64,000 nucleotides of DNA from an uncultured virus (IMG/VR IMGVR_UViG_3300028498_000018) (taxonomy: Duplodnaviria > Heunggongvirae > Uroviricota > Caudoviricetes). Below are positions 28,373 through 37,718 of the stretch, one piece after another. The stretch lies in the IMG/VR virus record IMGVR_UViG_3300028498_000018; one strand, written 5' to 3'. Position 1 is the first letter of the stretch. The number at the start of each line of letters is the position of its first letter. Position numbers and translations under genes: made by a program. The notes under the pieces are model-generated. The model made no database searches and was not told the origin of the DNA. It was given only the letters and a program-made list of their open reading frames with translations.

Positions 28373-29071
28373 TTAGCTAGGGATGCAGTAATCGACTTCG
28401 ATGCGCCCTGCGCCTGCCGTAGCTCCGCCCGCTGCATACGTGGCAATGATGGCCTCCGCTGTTGCGATACTGGCCAGACCGGGGTTCACCTCAAACGTGG
28501 TGGTGGCCGCTGCCGTCAGGTCGATCTGCGTGCTGCTTGCGTACTTACTGGTCGTGCCAGCGATACCGACAGACAGGGACGGGGTACCCGTGAACGCGGT
28601 GTCAATGACTACGCGCACCCGTTGAACGACAGCGTTCGCAGGCAGAGTGAACATCGTCAGCGGGCTGGTTGACCCAAAGGCAAGGGTCGTAGTGTCGGTC
28701 ACGATTTTGTCGTTACCTGCTGCCACTGTGGTCCAAGACAGCGCGCCTGTTGCGCCATCCGTCGTCAGCACTTGGTTGGTCGATCCCACCGTTGGCGGGA
28801 ACGTGAGGGTGACGGCCCCGGTCATGCCTGCCGCTGGTCGCGCTAGGTTCATTACCCAGTCTGCGCCCGCCGCAACTGCGTCCTCGTTGAGCTGGATGCT
28901 ATCCCCAGAAGACGCAACTACACTGCCAACCAATGGCACGTCCGCGCTGTCCGCAACGTTACGCGCTCGGATCTTTGCGCCTACTACTTTGAATACTGCG
29001 CCCGCGCTACCTAACCCGATCTGAAATTTGGTGTATGTTGTGCCTAGTAGGTCTCTGAATGTGCCGGCCAT
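28373..29071 (-). CDS. fibre protein B1 (plug-1 N-terminus, socket-1 C-terminus)
   Basis: MAGTFRDLLGTT; NQVLTTDGATGALSWT; C-terminal domain homologous to that of 29094..29660. Confidence 0.7.
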   Translation of the reverse strand: MAGTFRDLLGTTYTKFQIGLGSAGAVFKVVGAKIRARNVADSADVPLVGSVVASSGDSIQLNEDAVAAGADWVMNLARPAAGMTGAVTLTFPPTVGSTNQVLTTDGATGALSWTTVAAGNDKIVTDTTTLAFGSTSPLTMFTLPANAVVQRVRVVIDTAFTGTPSLSVGIAGTTSKYASSTQIDLTAAATTTFEVNPGLASIATAEAIIATYAAGGATAGAGRIEVDYCIPS

Positions 29072-29093
29072 GATGGTGTCCTTAGTTGTTAAG

Positions 29094-29660
29094 TTACGGG
29101 GTGGCTGTTTCTATGACTATCCAGCCTGCACCTTGTGTGCATCCCGCGCCTGGGGTTATGGTTAATAAAATGTTGCTCGTGGCCGTTATATTTGGGTTCG
29201 TCTCATACTCTGCGACGAAACTCGTGTCTATCTGTGTGGGTGACGCTAGCAGTTGGGGCTGAGCCGCTGTGCCTAGTTTGAGACTTGCCCCGGCCCCGTT
29301 GAACGGTGTTGAAATGACAAGGTTGACCTGCAGCACGATGACCGGGGCGGTGACTAAATGGATAAACGCAGGTGAAGCGTCTCCATATGCAAAATACTTG
29401 AGCCCAGCCACTCCAGTTGGCCCGGCGGGTCCTGCTGGTCCCGCTAACCCCGAAGGCCCTGGTACCCCAGGTGCGCCTGCTGGCCCCGCTTGGCCAACCG
29501 TACCCACTGCTCCGCTGACGAACAGAAACAAATCTTGGACGTCGACTTTCCTCGACACGCCGTCTTGGGAGATGAGCAGCTTCTCCGCTCCCGTCAGGAG
29601 GTCAGCATCGGGGAACTCCCCGATGGACAATCCTATTTTGTTCCCACACCGATCGCGCAT
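29094..29660 (-). CDS. fibre anchor protein A1 (shared N-terminus + collagen + socket-1)
   Basis: MRDRCGNKIGLSIGEFP...; about 12 Gly-X-Y triplets. Confidence 0.7.
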   Translation of the reverse strand: MRDRCGNKIGLSIGEFPDADLLTGAEKLLISQDGVSRKVDVQDLFLFVSGAVGTVGQAGPAGAPGVPGPSGLAGPAGPAGPTGVAGLKYFAYGDASPAFIHLVTAPVIVLQVNLVISTPFNGAGASLKLGTAAQPQLLASPTQIDTSFVAEYETNPNITATSNILLTITPGAGCTQGAGWIVIETATP

Positions 29661-29664
29661 GGTC

Positions 29665-30078
29665 TTAGGCCGTGATGTACATATTGCCTTCGGCTACCAC
29701 GAACTCCTCCGCGCACCCCTCTGGCTTGCACTCTTCGATTACGATAGGCGCACAATCAGGCTTCATCCTCTGCACGCTAGCTGCACCGAACCTCGGACGC
29801 GGGATCGACATCCGCATCGAGTGGATTGGCTTGTTACAGTTGTAGACCGTACCGATGTACCAGCCCGGGTGAGCCTCGACCAGGTCATCGTCGATGATGA
29901 AGCACATCTTGCCGCCATCCTCCTGCCGAGCTGGGTAATTTGCCAACAAAGTGCGCGCCCCCTCTCGGTGGATTGAAAGCTTCATGTTGCTTGGATTGTA
30001 CCCCTCGACAACTCGTCGGCTCGGCAACTCGACACAGATCGGGCCGGAGGTGCGAGTTATTTCGATGAATGGTTTCAT
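29665..30078 (-). CDS. hypothetical structural protein
   Basis: TAATG-coupled; heads the fibre gene block. Confidence 0.6.
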   Translation of the reverse strand: MKPFIEITRTSGPICVELPSRRVVEGYNPSNMKLSIHREGARTLLANYPARQEDGGKMCFIIDDDLVEAHPGWYIGTVYNCNKPIHSMRMSIPRPRFGAASVQRMKPDCAPIVIEECKPEGCAEEFVVAEGNMYITA

Positions 30079-33000
30079 TATTTAATCCAGGGGAGTAAAC
30101 GCCCCACAATTTTTGCGTCCGCGTTGGGCAAGTGAACTAGGAGACCCGAAGATCTAGCGTCGAGTTTCTTTTGTACCCCAAGAATATCAGTTGCGCTGAT
30201 ATTCTTCTCTGGGTACTTGGCGTTATATGCCTGGGTAGCTGTGTTGGCCCCGTCGATCATGGCCTCTGTGTCTCCGCCCTGGCTAGCCTGGTGGAAAGCG
30301 TACCGGTATATCTCCATGATGACCCGGCGATCAGCCACCGCACCTGACACTAGGCTTTTCTCCGCCTGTACTTTCTCTGAGGCCAATGCTACCTTGGACG
30401 GACGGAAACCAAGCGCCTGAAAGAGGGCTTCGACCGTCGTGATCTGGTTGTCGTCAGCCAGTAGCGGGGTCCCGTCTTTCTGCGACGGGGGCGTGGAGTA
30501 CAGTGAATACCCCTTGATTACGTTTGCCAGTCCGGCGGGTAGCCCGCCTCCGCTAACGGCTTGTTTGGCTGCTTCAGCTGTCCCGACCACGCCGACCTTG
30601 TCCATGAAAGCCCCGCCTACCTTAGCGTACGACTCCATTGCTCCGAACGTTGGGCCAGCCAGCTGCTTGAGATAGTCAACAGGTTCATTCGTTGGTTTAC
30701 CAAACGGATCTTGGAGGATCAAGTTGTTGAGCGTGACGCGCTTGGACAACCCTGCCCCGAGTATGCCGTGGTACATATAGTTGCCCACGTCTTCTCCGTA
30801 GGATTCGTAGATCGAATTCTTGATGCGGACCGCTACCGGCAGGTTAGCCTGCTCGTCGTCTCCCTCGCCCATCGCTGAAGCGGCCAGCCAAGCCATCAGA
30901 GCAAACGGAGCCGTGATCATGAATGGCAAACCTGATGCCCCCGCCGCAACAGCGTGCATGGCGATGACACCCGTCAGGTGCTTCATGGCGTAAGCCTTCT
31001 CCTCTTTTGAAGACTGGCTATCAGCGATGCTGCGCACATCTCGGTACATACTGCTAGCAACGGCAAAGCCGTAGCTCTTCAGCTGGAGCATAACTCGCCC
31101 GCCCGGGGTGCGCTGCAGGTACGACTTGTTGGATGCCGAGTTGTCAGGGTTCGAGCGGTATCGAATTTCAGTGGCTATATCAAGCGCCAGCTCGCTCGTC
31201 GTGGTGCCGCGCCTCTTAGCCTCGACTGCGGTGCTCGGGGCCTCCATCGCCGCACGGTAAGCAGCGATCATCGCACCCATGTTGGTGATGTTCTCAGACA
31301 CTGACATCATGTATCCGCCGGCCTTCATAACCTTGCGGCCGATGTAGCTCGACTCGTTGGTGATGTCCATCACTTCATGGGTTTCCGCCGCGCCAATCAC
31401 GTTGTACTTTTCAGCGTGCTCGAACACTTTCCGCACGTCAGCAGGCAGGCCGTCGAACCCCGGGTTACCGTTCTTGTTGTTCTGTCGCAACTGGTATAGG
31501 GCTCGGGACGCATCAAGCATGGCCGTAGGCAGCTTTGCTGAGCCGCTGGTGCCATACCTAGCACCAATCTCTGCCGTAGTCATGATGGACCCGCCGATGG
31601 CGTTCACTACGGACGACGACACGTTGGCAAACATCGTGTGGATGAAACCAATTTTGTTGATCGTGTTTGCTGCGGTGTTGAGCGGGTTATCCTGCGCCGA
31701 ATAACTGATTGCCTTCGTGAAGATGTCGAGCGCCTGCTGTGCCCGGGGGGTATCGTATTTAGGATCATTCTGGTTGATGTTGACGAACCCCTTCGCGTCA
31801 CTGAGAGCTCCGAGGATGTCCCTCTGGAAAGTGATGTTAGCGATGGCTGTGGCCCCGCTGCGTAGCACCCGTAGGTTCGCCTGCAGCATATCCTCGCTGG
31901 CACCCGCAATAAACTTCCGTGTCAAAGCGTTCTTGTTCGCGTCGGTCACGAGGGTTGATTCGTACACCTCCCGCATACGCTGCTCTATAGTGACGAGCTC
32001 ATCAGCAGCAAGTCCTTTGGTCTTCAGGCCATCGACGACCCGCTGAATAAATTCTTCTTTCGCCACGCCAAGTTTCGGGCGCTCATGCTGCTGGTAAAGG
32101 CTGACGTTAGAGATGACCTCGTTAGGGTACTTCTCTCGCAACTGTTTGTTGATAGCCTCTGCTTCGGTGCGAGTTGTGTGCCGGCCGAACCAAAGCTGCT
32201 CTCCGTCTTTGGAAGCCTTGACAGACGTCACCCAGCTGCCGTGTCGGTCCTGGGCAAAGTACACCCCGAGCCCCGAGTTCCTGATTTCATCAGCGATCTT
32301 CTTGGCGTCTGTGGCGAGCGCTCCGTATTTAAGCATCGCTTGTTCTGTGGCGTTCGCCTGCTCCAGCCGCTGCTCCTGCATCATCGTGCGCGACACCTGG
32401 TACACCTTTCGCTCCGCAGATGTAGGCGTGAGAGCATCCCACATGTTTTGCAGCTTGGTCTCTTCCGGGGTTTTAGGAGCCCGGTATTTTGGCTCTGCCC
32501 TGTCAGGAGAGAACTGGAGCTGAGTGGCTGTGGACATCAGCTCGTTGGCCACTCGGTGGTTTAGCTTGCCGTACCCGTACAGGTCCGCTAGGCGAACGTT
32601 AATGTCCTTCATCGCGCCGTTGATGGCGGCCCCGCGTAGGGCGACCTGATCGATCACTTTGTTCAGTAGGTTCACGCCCGTGTTAGGCCCCTCCTTCGGG
32701 GTGAACAGGCTCTTCATCAGGTACCCGATGTCACGCATTGCTGTGATGTACAGAGCCTTGCCTTCGATCCAATCGAGAGCGTTGCGCACCCCTGTCTTGG
32801 AGGCAACCTCTTTGAACGTCGTGGTGATCGCGCCTGTAACTCCTTTGTGGTCGCCCGTGCGAATAGCCGTAGCAAGACGGTCGTTGATACCCGTCTCGAA
32901 GTCCCCGATCAGCTCAAGGCTTTTTTGGGTGGCAGCATCTGCATTGTGCTCGTTCTGGTTGGCGTTTGTCTGAGCCCCCATCGGCACGCCCTTCAGCGTG

Positions 33001-36000
33001 AAGGAGCCGTCGAACTTAGGAATCCGATACATCTTGAGGTTCGACGGGGGCGCGAGTAGCAACTCAGCAGCGCGGAAGCTGCTGCCTAGAAGGTTGTTGA
33101 CCCCGACAATGCTGAGGATCGCGTGAATCATCCTGCTGAACAGAGTCTGTGGTGTACCCGGGTCCTGCACGCGGGCGAGCTGCTTCTGGAACTCTTTGTT
33201 CGAGAACATCTCAGACACGAATTCAGCCACGTTCGTGAAGGCGTACTCGCCCTTGTTTATCTCCGGGCTAGCCTGGGCAACCTTGTAGATTCGGATCATC
33301 TCCGCAACTGCTGCACGTTGCAGTTCAGTCTGTGGGTTCACAATAGCGTTCAGCGTCGCCGCGTGGGTGATCTCGTGCAAGACGACGTGCTCGTTGAGGC
33401 CGTTCGTGTTGTGGATTAAGATTGACACCGTGTTGGGAGAGTACGTCCCGAGCACATTCGGTTTATTGAATTCAGAGCCCGCAGCAAACCGGATCTTTGT
33501 TCCGCCCAGACCGACGAGCAGGAGCCGAGCAGCCACCTCACGCACCAACGGGGTGCTGCCGTTCTTCGACAGGTCAGTCAGTACCGCGATCACATTGTTT
33601 TGGCGGATCGCTTCTATCGCCGCTGGTGTCAGCGGAGCCCGCAAGAATGCAGGAATCCTAGATGGGTTCAGGTTCGCAACATAGTCGCCTTCGTTGAGTT
33701 CGAGTGGGGGCTCACCAAGGTGAGTAGTCCTCAATGTTTCCGCTAGGGCTTTAAGCTCCGGTGTGGCTTCGACCTGGATGTTGTCGGTGACTGGGGTGTT
33801 CTCTAGTACGCCGGCCGCTTGCGTGCTGGTGGTTTCTTGTGTACCGGTGGCTTTTTCTTGGGCATCATTCTGAGCGGTCCCTTCAGGGGTTTGCTGAGCG
33901 GTCGACTGTGTAGCCTCTGCTTTTGAGTTCGGCGATAATTCTTTCAATCTCTTGAGCAGATAGGCTGTCGTTGGTACCGGCTGAGCCGGTATCGGCTTTG
34001 GGGGCTCGGACGCCACCGCCGGGGCGCTGGTCGTTTCTTTATTGGTGGCCTGTTTGACCTTGTCTTTGAATTCGTTAATTCGTTGATCAAGGGCTATCAC
34101 ATCGGGAAACTCCTCGCCGAGTTTCAGGGAGGCTTTATCTCGGGCAACGATCACGGCATCCAGCGCTTTATCGGTCGGAGCCGACCCGTTCATGGCGCGG
34201 TCTATCCCCTTAATGATTTCTTGCCGTTTGGCGCGTGCCTCCTCCGCCGCGGCTGTCGCCTTGGTCGCTGCCTTATCCGCTGCTTTTTTCTCGGCCTCGA
34301 CCGCTTTATCAGCACGCGCTTTTTTCTCGGCTTCGATAGCGTCGGTCTGAGTCTTTATTTTTAATCCCCGTGCGGCGGCTTCATCTTCTGTTTTTTTTGT
34401 TTTCTCCGCCTCCTTCATCCGGTTTTCCGCGTCTGCGATTTTATTTCTCAGCCCGTACACTTGATCTCGGTGTGCCTGGCGTGCGACGACTGCTGGGTTG
34501 GAGGGGTCATTACCCGCCACTTTGGGTAGGTTACTAATAGCGTATTCGATGTCTCTACGTGCCTTTGTCAGGTCGTACTTATCGGTCGTACTATCCAGTT
34601 TATGTGCCTCAACCTTTGCGACTATGTCGGCAGTGCCCGCTTTTATCTTATCAGCGGTAACATCATTTTGAGTTGGTTCTGGCGGCTTCGGCGGCTCAGG
34701 AATAGCAGATGGTGCCGATGTGGCTGCCTTTGGAGGCTCGGGCGGACTAGGCATCTTGCCGCGTACGGCATCTGCGACGTCAAACCTCTCGCGTATCCCG
34801 CTCACCTCGGCGGTGATGCGGTCGGCCTCCGCCCCAAATTCGGTAGTCGACAGAAACGGCTTAGAGTCGAGCAGGTCTTTCAAAGAATCAGATAGCTTGG
34901 CGCTGTCCGCTCGTTGTGAGTCATCGCCCTTTTCACTAACCAAAGTGTTTAGTTTTTTCACCCCGGCTGTGACCCGGGCCAAGGCTTCAGTTTTTTTTGT
35001 GCTCGCTTCCGCGGGCTCGACTGGCATCTGGGCCATCTGTTTTAATTGGGTGTCAAAGGCTTCTTTGACGGCGGTCGTCTGTTCGGGGGTTGGCGGCACA
35101 GCCGGGTCCGGGAACGACTTAGCTATGTAGGCGTCAAGCGCTTTCGTGTATGGCTCACTCTGGGCGATACCCGCTATAGGGTCGACTCCGCTCGCCGCGT
35201 CCTGACGAAGCTTAGCCAGCGCCGTAGGGGTCGACACGATCTCGTTTGCAACCCTCATGCCCTCAGCTTGAGCGCCGTTGGTCACAGCTGCTGCAGCGTC
35301 CTGCGCGTCCGAGGCAGTCTGTTGGGTCTGCTGCTGGGTCTGCTGTTCGGCTTCGGCCTGAGCGGCCTGAGCAGCCTTGGCTACCTCTTCATCTTGAGTG
35401 CGGATCGTATTGGCTACTTCAGTGTTTGCCGTGTTCTGTCGGCGCTCTGACACGCTGTCGCTGATGTTGCCGACGACCTTACCACCTGACCCCATAACAG
35501 CACCAAGGGCGGCAGCTGCGGGGTTAAATGTCGGGGTGTAGGGTAAACCCTGAGCATAGTCAGCACCCGCGGCTCCAGCTCCAGCAACCAGACCTTCTTC
35601 GAGGCCCTGGGTAGTACCCTCAAATAGCACCCCGCCCGCTTTTTTAGCCGCCCCACCTGCGGTGAGTTTAGCCGCTGCCCCCGCCGCGCCAGCTTCAACA
35701 GCCCCGACTGCTCCGGCTGCTCCGACCCCACCAGCTCTGCTTGCGACCGCAGCTTCGAGGTCTCGTGTTAAAGCGTCTCCAGTTTTTTTGCCGAATGCGC
35801 CGAATGCTTTACCTGTTGCTTTTTCTAGTCCGGGGGCAATCAACGTGCCCGCAGCCGTGATCCCACCACCCATCTCGGCAGCACGAAAACGAGCGTTGTT
35901 AATTTCTTCTTCGGTGGACTTTGGGTTCCGCTGTAACAGTATGCGTTCCGCGTCATCGGCTGCTTGGCCCGCTTCGGATAACCCAAACCCCACCGCTGCT

Positions 36001-36908
36001 GGTACATTCCCAGCCGCGCCCGCTAGCAGTTTCTGGGCAACGTTACCCGACTGGCCATACTTGGCTAGGGCCGTGCCAAATTTTGCCACCGTCTCCAGTT
36101 GGCGGGCTGTCTTGATCCCCATCCCAACAACGCCACTTGGCCCAACAATGCCTCCAGCCAGTTGGCTCATCATGTACCCCGGAGCATCCCCCAGAGCTTT
36201 AAACATCCCGCCCACGTCACCGTCGTCAATCGCTTTCGAGAACGCGGCCTGGGCCTTAACCTGTTCCTTTGTGCCGGCAGCCGCACCAATGGCCTGGCCA
36301 CCTTTACTGACGGCTGTGGTAAGTTTGAGCGCGAGACTGTCTCGGTCGACCCCAGCAAGGGTTAATATGCCACTTGCAGTGTCCGCCACCGACGAGATAA
36401 TACTACCGCCAAAGGCCCCTGCGGCCCCCCCTGCATTGCGGAAGAAGCCGGGTTGTTCTTTCTCAAGCCGTTTGAATTCAGACTGCGCATCACCTGTTGC
36501 TTGGGCTAGCTTGACGACTTCGTTCTCGAACCCTTTGGTGCCTGCCAGTGACGAAGAGAACTGCTTGATGTAGTCAAGGCGGAACTTGGCTCGCTCAGTG
36601 TCGTTTAGGGTCCTGCCGTCAGCCTGCTCGCGCAGGGCCAGCTTTTCACCGATGGTGGTGTCAAGCTTAGTTACTTTGTCGCGTATAGCCTGAGCAGCTA
36701 CAAAGTTCTGCACGTCGTCGGCCTGTTTTATCACCTTCGCTGCGTGGGTGTCGACAGCCGCAGCTTGTTGCTGAGCTAGGCGGGCCTCCGCCTGGTGTTG
36801 GCGTGCGAGCGCGATCGCCTGGGCAAATTGAGACGGACCGCTTGGCGCTGCGGAGCCAAACGGGTTTACGGCCGGCGTAGACACATCTATGTTGAACGGA
36901 TCGGCCAC
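30078..36908 (-). CDS. large internal (ejected) polyvalent virion protein with zincin metallopeptidase and PLxRFG-like domain
   Basis: 2276 aa, no Cys; VVLHEITHAA...EYAFTNVAEFVSE; YFAQDRHGSW resembles YFPLxRFG; QALGFRP. Confidence 0.8.
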   Translation of the reverse strand: MADPFNIDVSTPAVNPFGSAAPSGPSQFAQAIALARQHQAEARLAQQQAAAVDTHAAKVIKQADDVQNFVAAQAIRDKVTKLDTTIGEKLALREQADGRTLNDTERAKFRLDYIKQFSSSLAGTKGFENEVVKLAQATGDAQSEFKRLEKEQPGFFRNAGGAAGAFGGSIISSVADTASGILTLAGVDRDSLALKLTTAVSKGGQAIGAAAGTKEQVKAQAAFSKAIDDGDVGGMFKALGDAPGYMMSQLAGGIVGPSGVVGMGIKTARQLETVAKFGTALAKYGQSGNVAQKLLAGAAGNVPAAVGFGLSEAGQAADDAERILLQRNPKSTEEEINNARFRAAEMGGGITAAGTLIAPGLEKATGKAFGAFGKKTGDALTRDLEAAVASRAGGVGAAGAVGAVEAGAAGAAAKLTAGGAAKKAGGVLFEGTTQGLEEGLVAGAGAAGADYAQGLPYTPTFNPAAAALGAVMGSGGKVVGNISDSVSERRQNTANTEVANTIRTQDEEVAKAAQAAQAEAEQQTQQQTQQTASDAQDAAAAVTNGAQAEGMRVANEIVSTPTALAKLRQDAASGVDPIAGIAQSEPYTKALDAYIAKSFPDPAVPPTPEQTTAVKEAFDTQLKQMAQMPVEPAEASTKKTEALARVTAGVKKLNTLVSEKGDDSQRADSAKLSDSLKDLLDSKPFLSTTEFGAEADRITAEVSGIRERFDVADAVRGKMPSPPEPPKAATSAPSAIPEPPKPPEPTQNDVTADKIKAGTADIVAKVEAHKLDSTTDKYDLTKARRDIEYAISNLPKVAGNDPSNPAVVARQAHRDQVYGLRNKIADAENRMKEAEKTKKTEDEAAARGLKIKTQTDAIEAEKKARADKAVEAEKKAADKAATKATAAAEEARAKRQEIIKGIDRAMNGSAPTDKALDAVIVARDKASLKLGEEFPDVIALDQRINEFKDKVKQATNKETTSAPAVASEPPKPIPAQPVPTTAYLLKRLKELSPNSKAEATQSTAQQTPEGTAQNDAQEKATGTQETTSTQAAGVLENTPVTDNIQVEATPELKALAETLRTTHLGEPPLELNEGDYVANLNPSRIPAFLRAPLTPAAIEAIRQNNVIAVLTDLSKNGSTPLVREVAARLLLVGLGGTKIRFAAGSEFNKPNVLGTYSPNTVSILIHNTNGLNEHVVLHEITHAATLNAIVNPQTELQRAAVAEMIRIYKVAQASPEINKGEYAFTNVAEFVSEMFSNKEFQKQLARVQDPGTPQTLFSRMIHAILSIVGVNNLLGSSFRAAELLLAPPSNLKMYRIPKFDGSFTLKGVPMGAQTNANQNEHNADAATQKSLELIGDFETGINDRLATAIRTGDHKGVTGAITTTFKEVASKTGVRNALDWIEGKALYITAMRDIGYLMKSLFTPKEGPNTGVNLLNKVIDQVALRGAAINGAMKDINVRLADLYGYGKLNHRVANELMSTATQLQFSPDRAEPKYRAPKTPEETKLQNMWDALTPTSAERKVYQVSRTMMQEQRLEQANATEQAMLKYGALATDAKKIADEIRNSGLGVYFAQDRHGSWVTSVKASKDGEQLWFGRHTTRTEAEAINKQLREKYPNEVISNVSLYQQHERPKLGVAKEEFIQRVVDGLKTKGLAADELVTIEQRMREVYESTLVTDANKNALTRKFIAGASEDMLQANLRVLRSGATAIANITFQRDILGALSDAKGFVNINQNDPKYDTPRAQQALDIFTKAISYSAQDNPLNTAANTINKIGFIHTMFANVSSSVVNAIGGSIMTTAEIGARYGTSGSAKLPTAMLDASRALYQLRQNNKNGNPGFDGLPADVRKVFEHAEKYNVIGAAETHEVMDITNESSYIGRKVMKAGGYMMSVSENITNMGAMIAAYRAAMEAPSTAVEAKRRGTTTSELALDIATEIRYRSNPDNSASNKSYLQRTPGGRVMLQLKSYGFAVASSMYRDVRSIADSQSSKEEKAYAMKHLTGVIAMHAVAAGASGLPFMITAPFALMAWLAASAMGEGDDEQANLPVAVRIKNSIYESYGEDVGNYMYHGILGAGLSKRVTLNNLILQDPFGKPTNEPVDYLKQLAGPTFGAMESYAKVGGAFMDKVGVVGTAEAAKQAVSGGGLPAGLANVIKGYSLYSTPPSQKDGTPLLADDNQITTVEALFQALGFRPSKVALASEKVQAEKSLVSGAVADRRVIMEIYRYAFHQASQGGDTEAMIDGANTATQAYNAKYPEKNISATDILGVQKKLDARSSGLLVHLPNADAKIVGRLLPWIK

Positions 36909-37718
36909 TTATGCTGTCCTTGGTTTGGTGTCGGTGAAGTCCCAGATTTTATTGGCTTCACTCACTAAATTATCTCGGGGGGTTGGTCCGAACAGCGACG
37001 AATCAAAGTTCGCTATCCGCTGTTCTGAAACAACGTTCATCGCGGCGTAGGGGTCCAGTGCGGCCGCTGTCGGGACCGGGCTGAGCGGGGCACTAGCGGC
37101 CATTGCAGAGTAAGGGTCTGGCTGAGTGGTGGCCATCGCGGCGTATTGATCCAACCCGCCCGCTTTGTTGATCTCGTCTTCTAGGTTCCGCATCAGGAAT
37201 TCACTGCGCTTGGCTTCTGGGGCCAAAGCGTAATTTGCGCGGGGGTCAGTTGGGCTCGCGCCGGCAAGCCTGTCAAGAGTCCCCTGGCTCACTTTCGGTT
37301 GGGCGTATGGGCTCGACGGTAGACTGGCCCATACCCCGCCAAGTTTGGCTAGTGCCCCGCTCACGTCCCCACCCTCAAGTTGGCCAAGCGCCCCCGCACG
37401 GCGGATAAGCTCGATGGCCGCAATGTCTTGATTCCTCGGGCTGAAGTCTTTAAGCCCAAGCTGCTTAGCTACGTCGTCCCAGGTCTTTGCGAGGAACTGA
37501 TACCGGCCTGCCGCCGAGGTTTGGTTCTTCTTCCCGTCAGTCTGTGTGAACTCGTAATATCTACGCGGGTGGGCGTCCAGGGAAGCAAGTTTACCGCCGC
37601 CGAAGGCGATGTCGTACCCGCCACCAGAACCAGTCTTGTCGGTGCCCTCTGTGTTCGCAATGATGTTGAGCGCCTTGCGGACGTTCGGGTTATCAAGAGC
37701 GGATAGATCAGTTGCCAT
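36909..37718 (-). CDS. virion-associated lambda-type lysozyme / lytic transglycosylase
   Basis: NVRKALNIIANTEGT, TSAAGRYQFL..TW, DFSPRNQD, WASLP. Confidence 0.9.
   Translation of the reverse strand: MATDLSALDNPNVRKALNIIANTEGTDKTGSGGGYDIAFGGGKLASLDAHPRRYYEFTQTDGKKNQTSAAGRYQFLAKTWDDVAKQLGLKDFSPRNQDIAAIELIRRAGALGQLEGGDVSGALAKLGGVWASLPSSPYAQPKVSQGTLDRLAGASPTDPRANYALAPEAKRSEFLMRNLEDEINKAGGLDQYAAMATTQPDPYSAMAASAPLSPVPTAAALDPYAAMNVVSEQRIANFDSSLFGPTPRDNLVSEANKIWDFTDTKPRTA

Noticed and set aside
4714..36573. Long antisense ORFs (e.g. 4714..5700, 10848..12005, 12294..13163, 15389..16099, 35662..36573)
   Set aside because: Shadows of well-supported genes in GC-rich DNA, with no motifs or RBS
30078..36908. 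Large Cys-free protein as an N4-like virion RNA polymerase
   Set aside because: Shorter than N4 vRNAP, no recognisable polymerase motifs; has zincin and PLxRFG-like features instead
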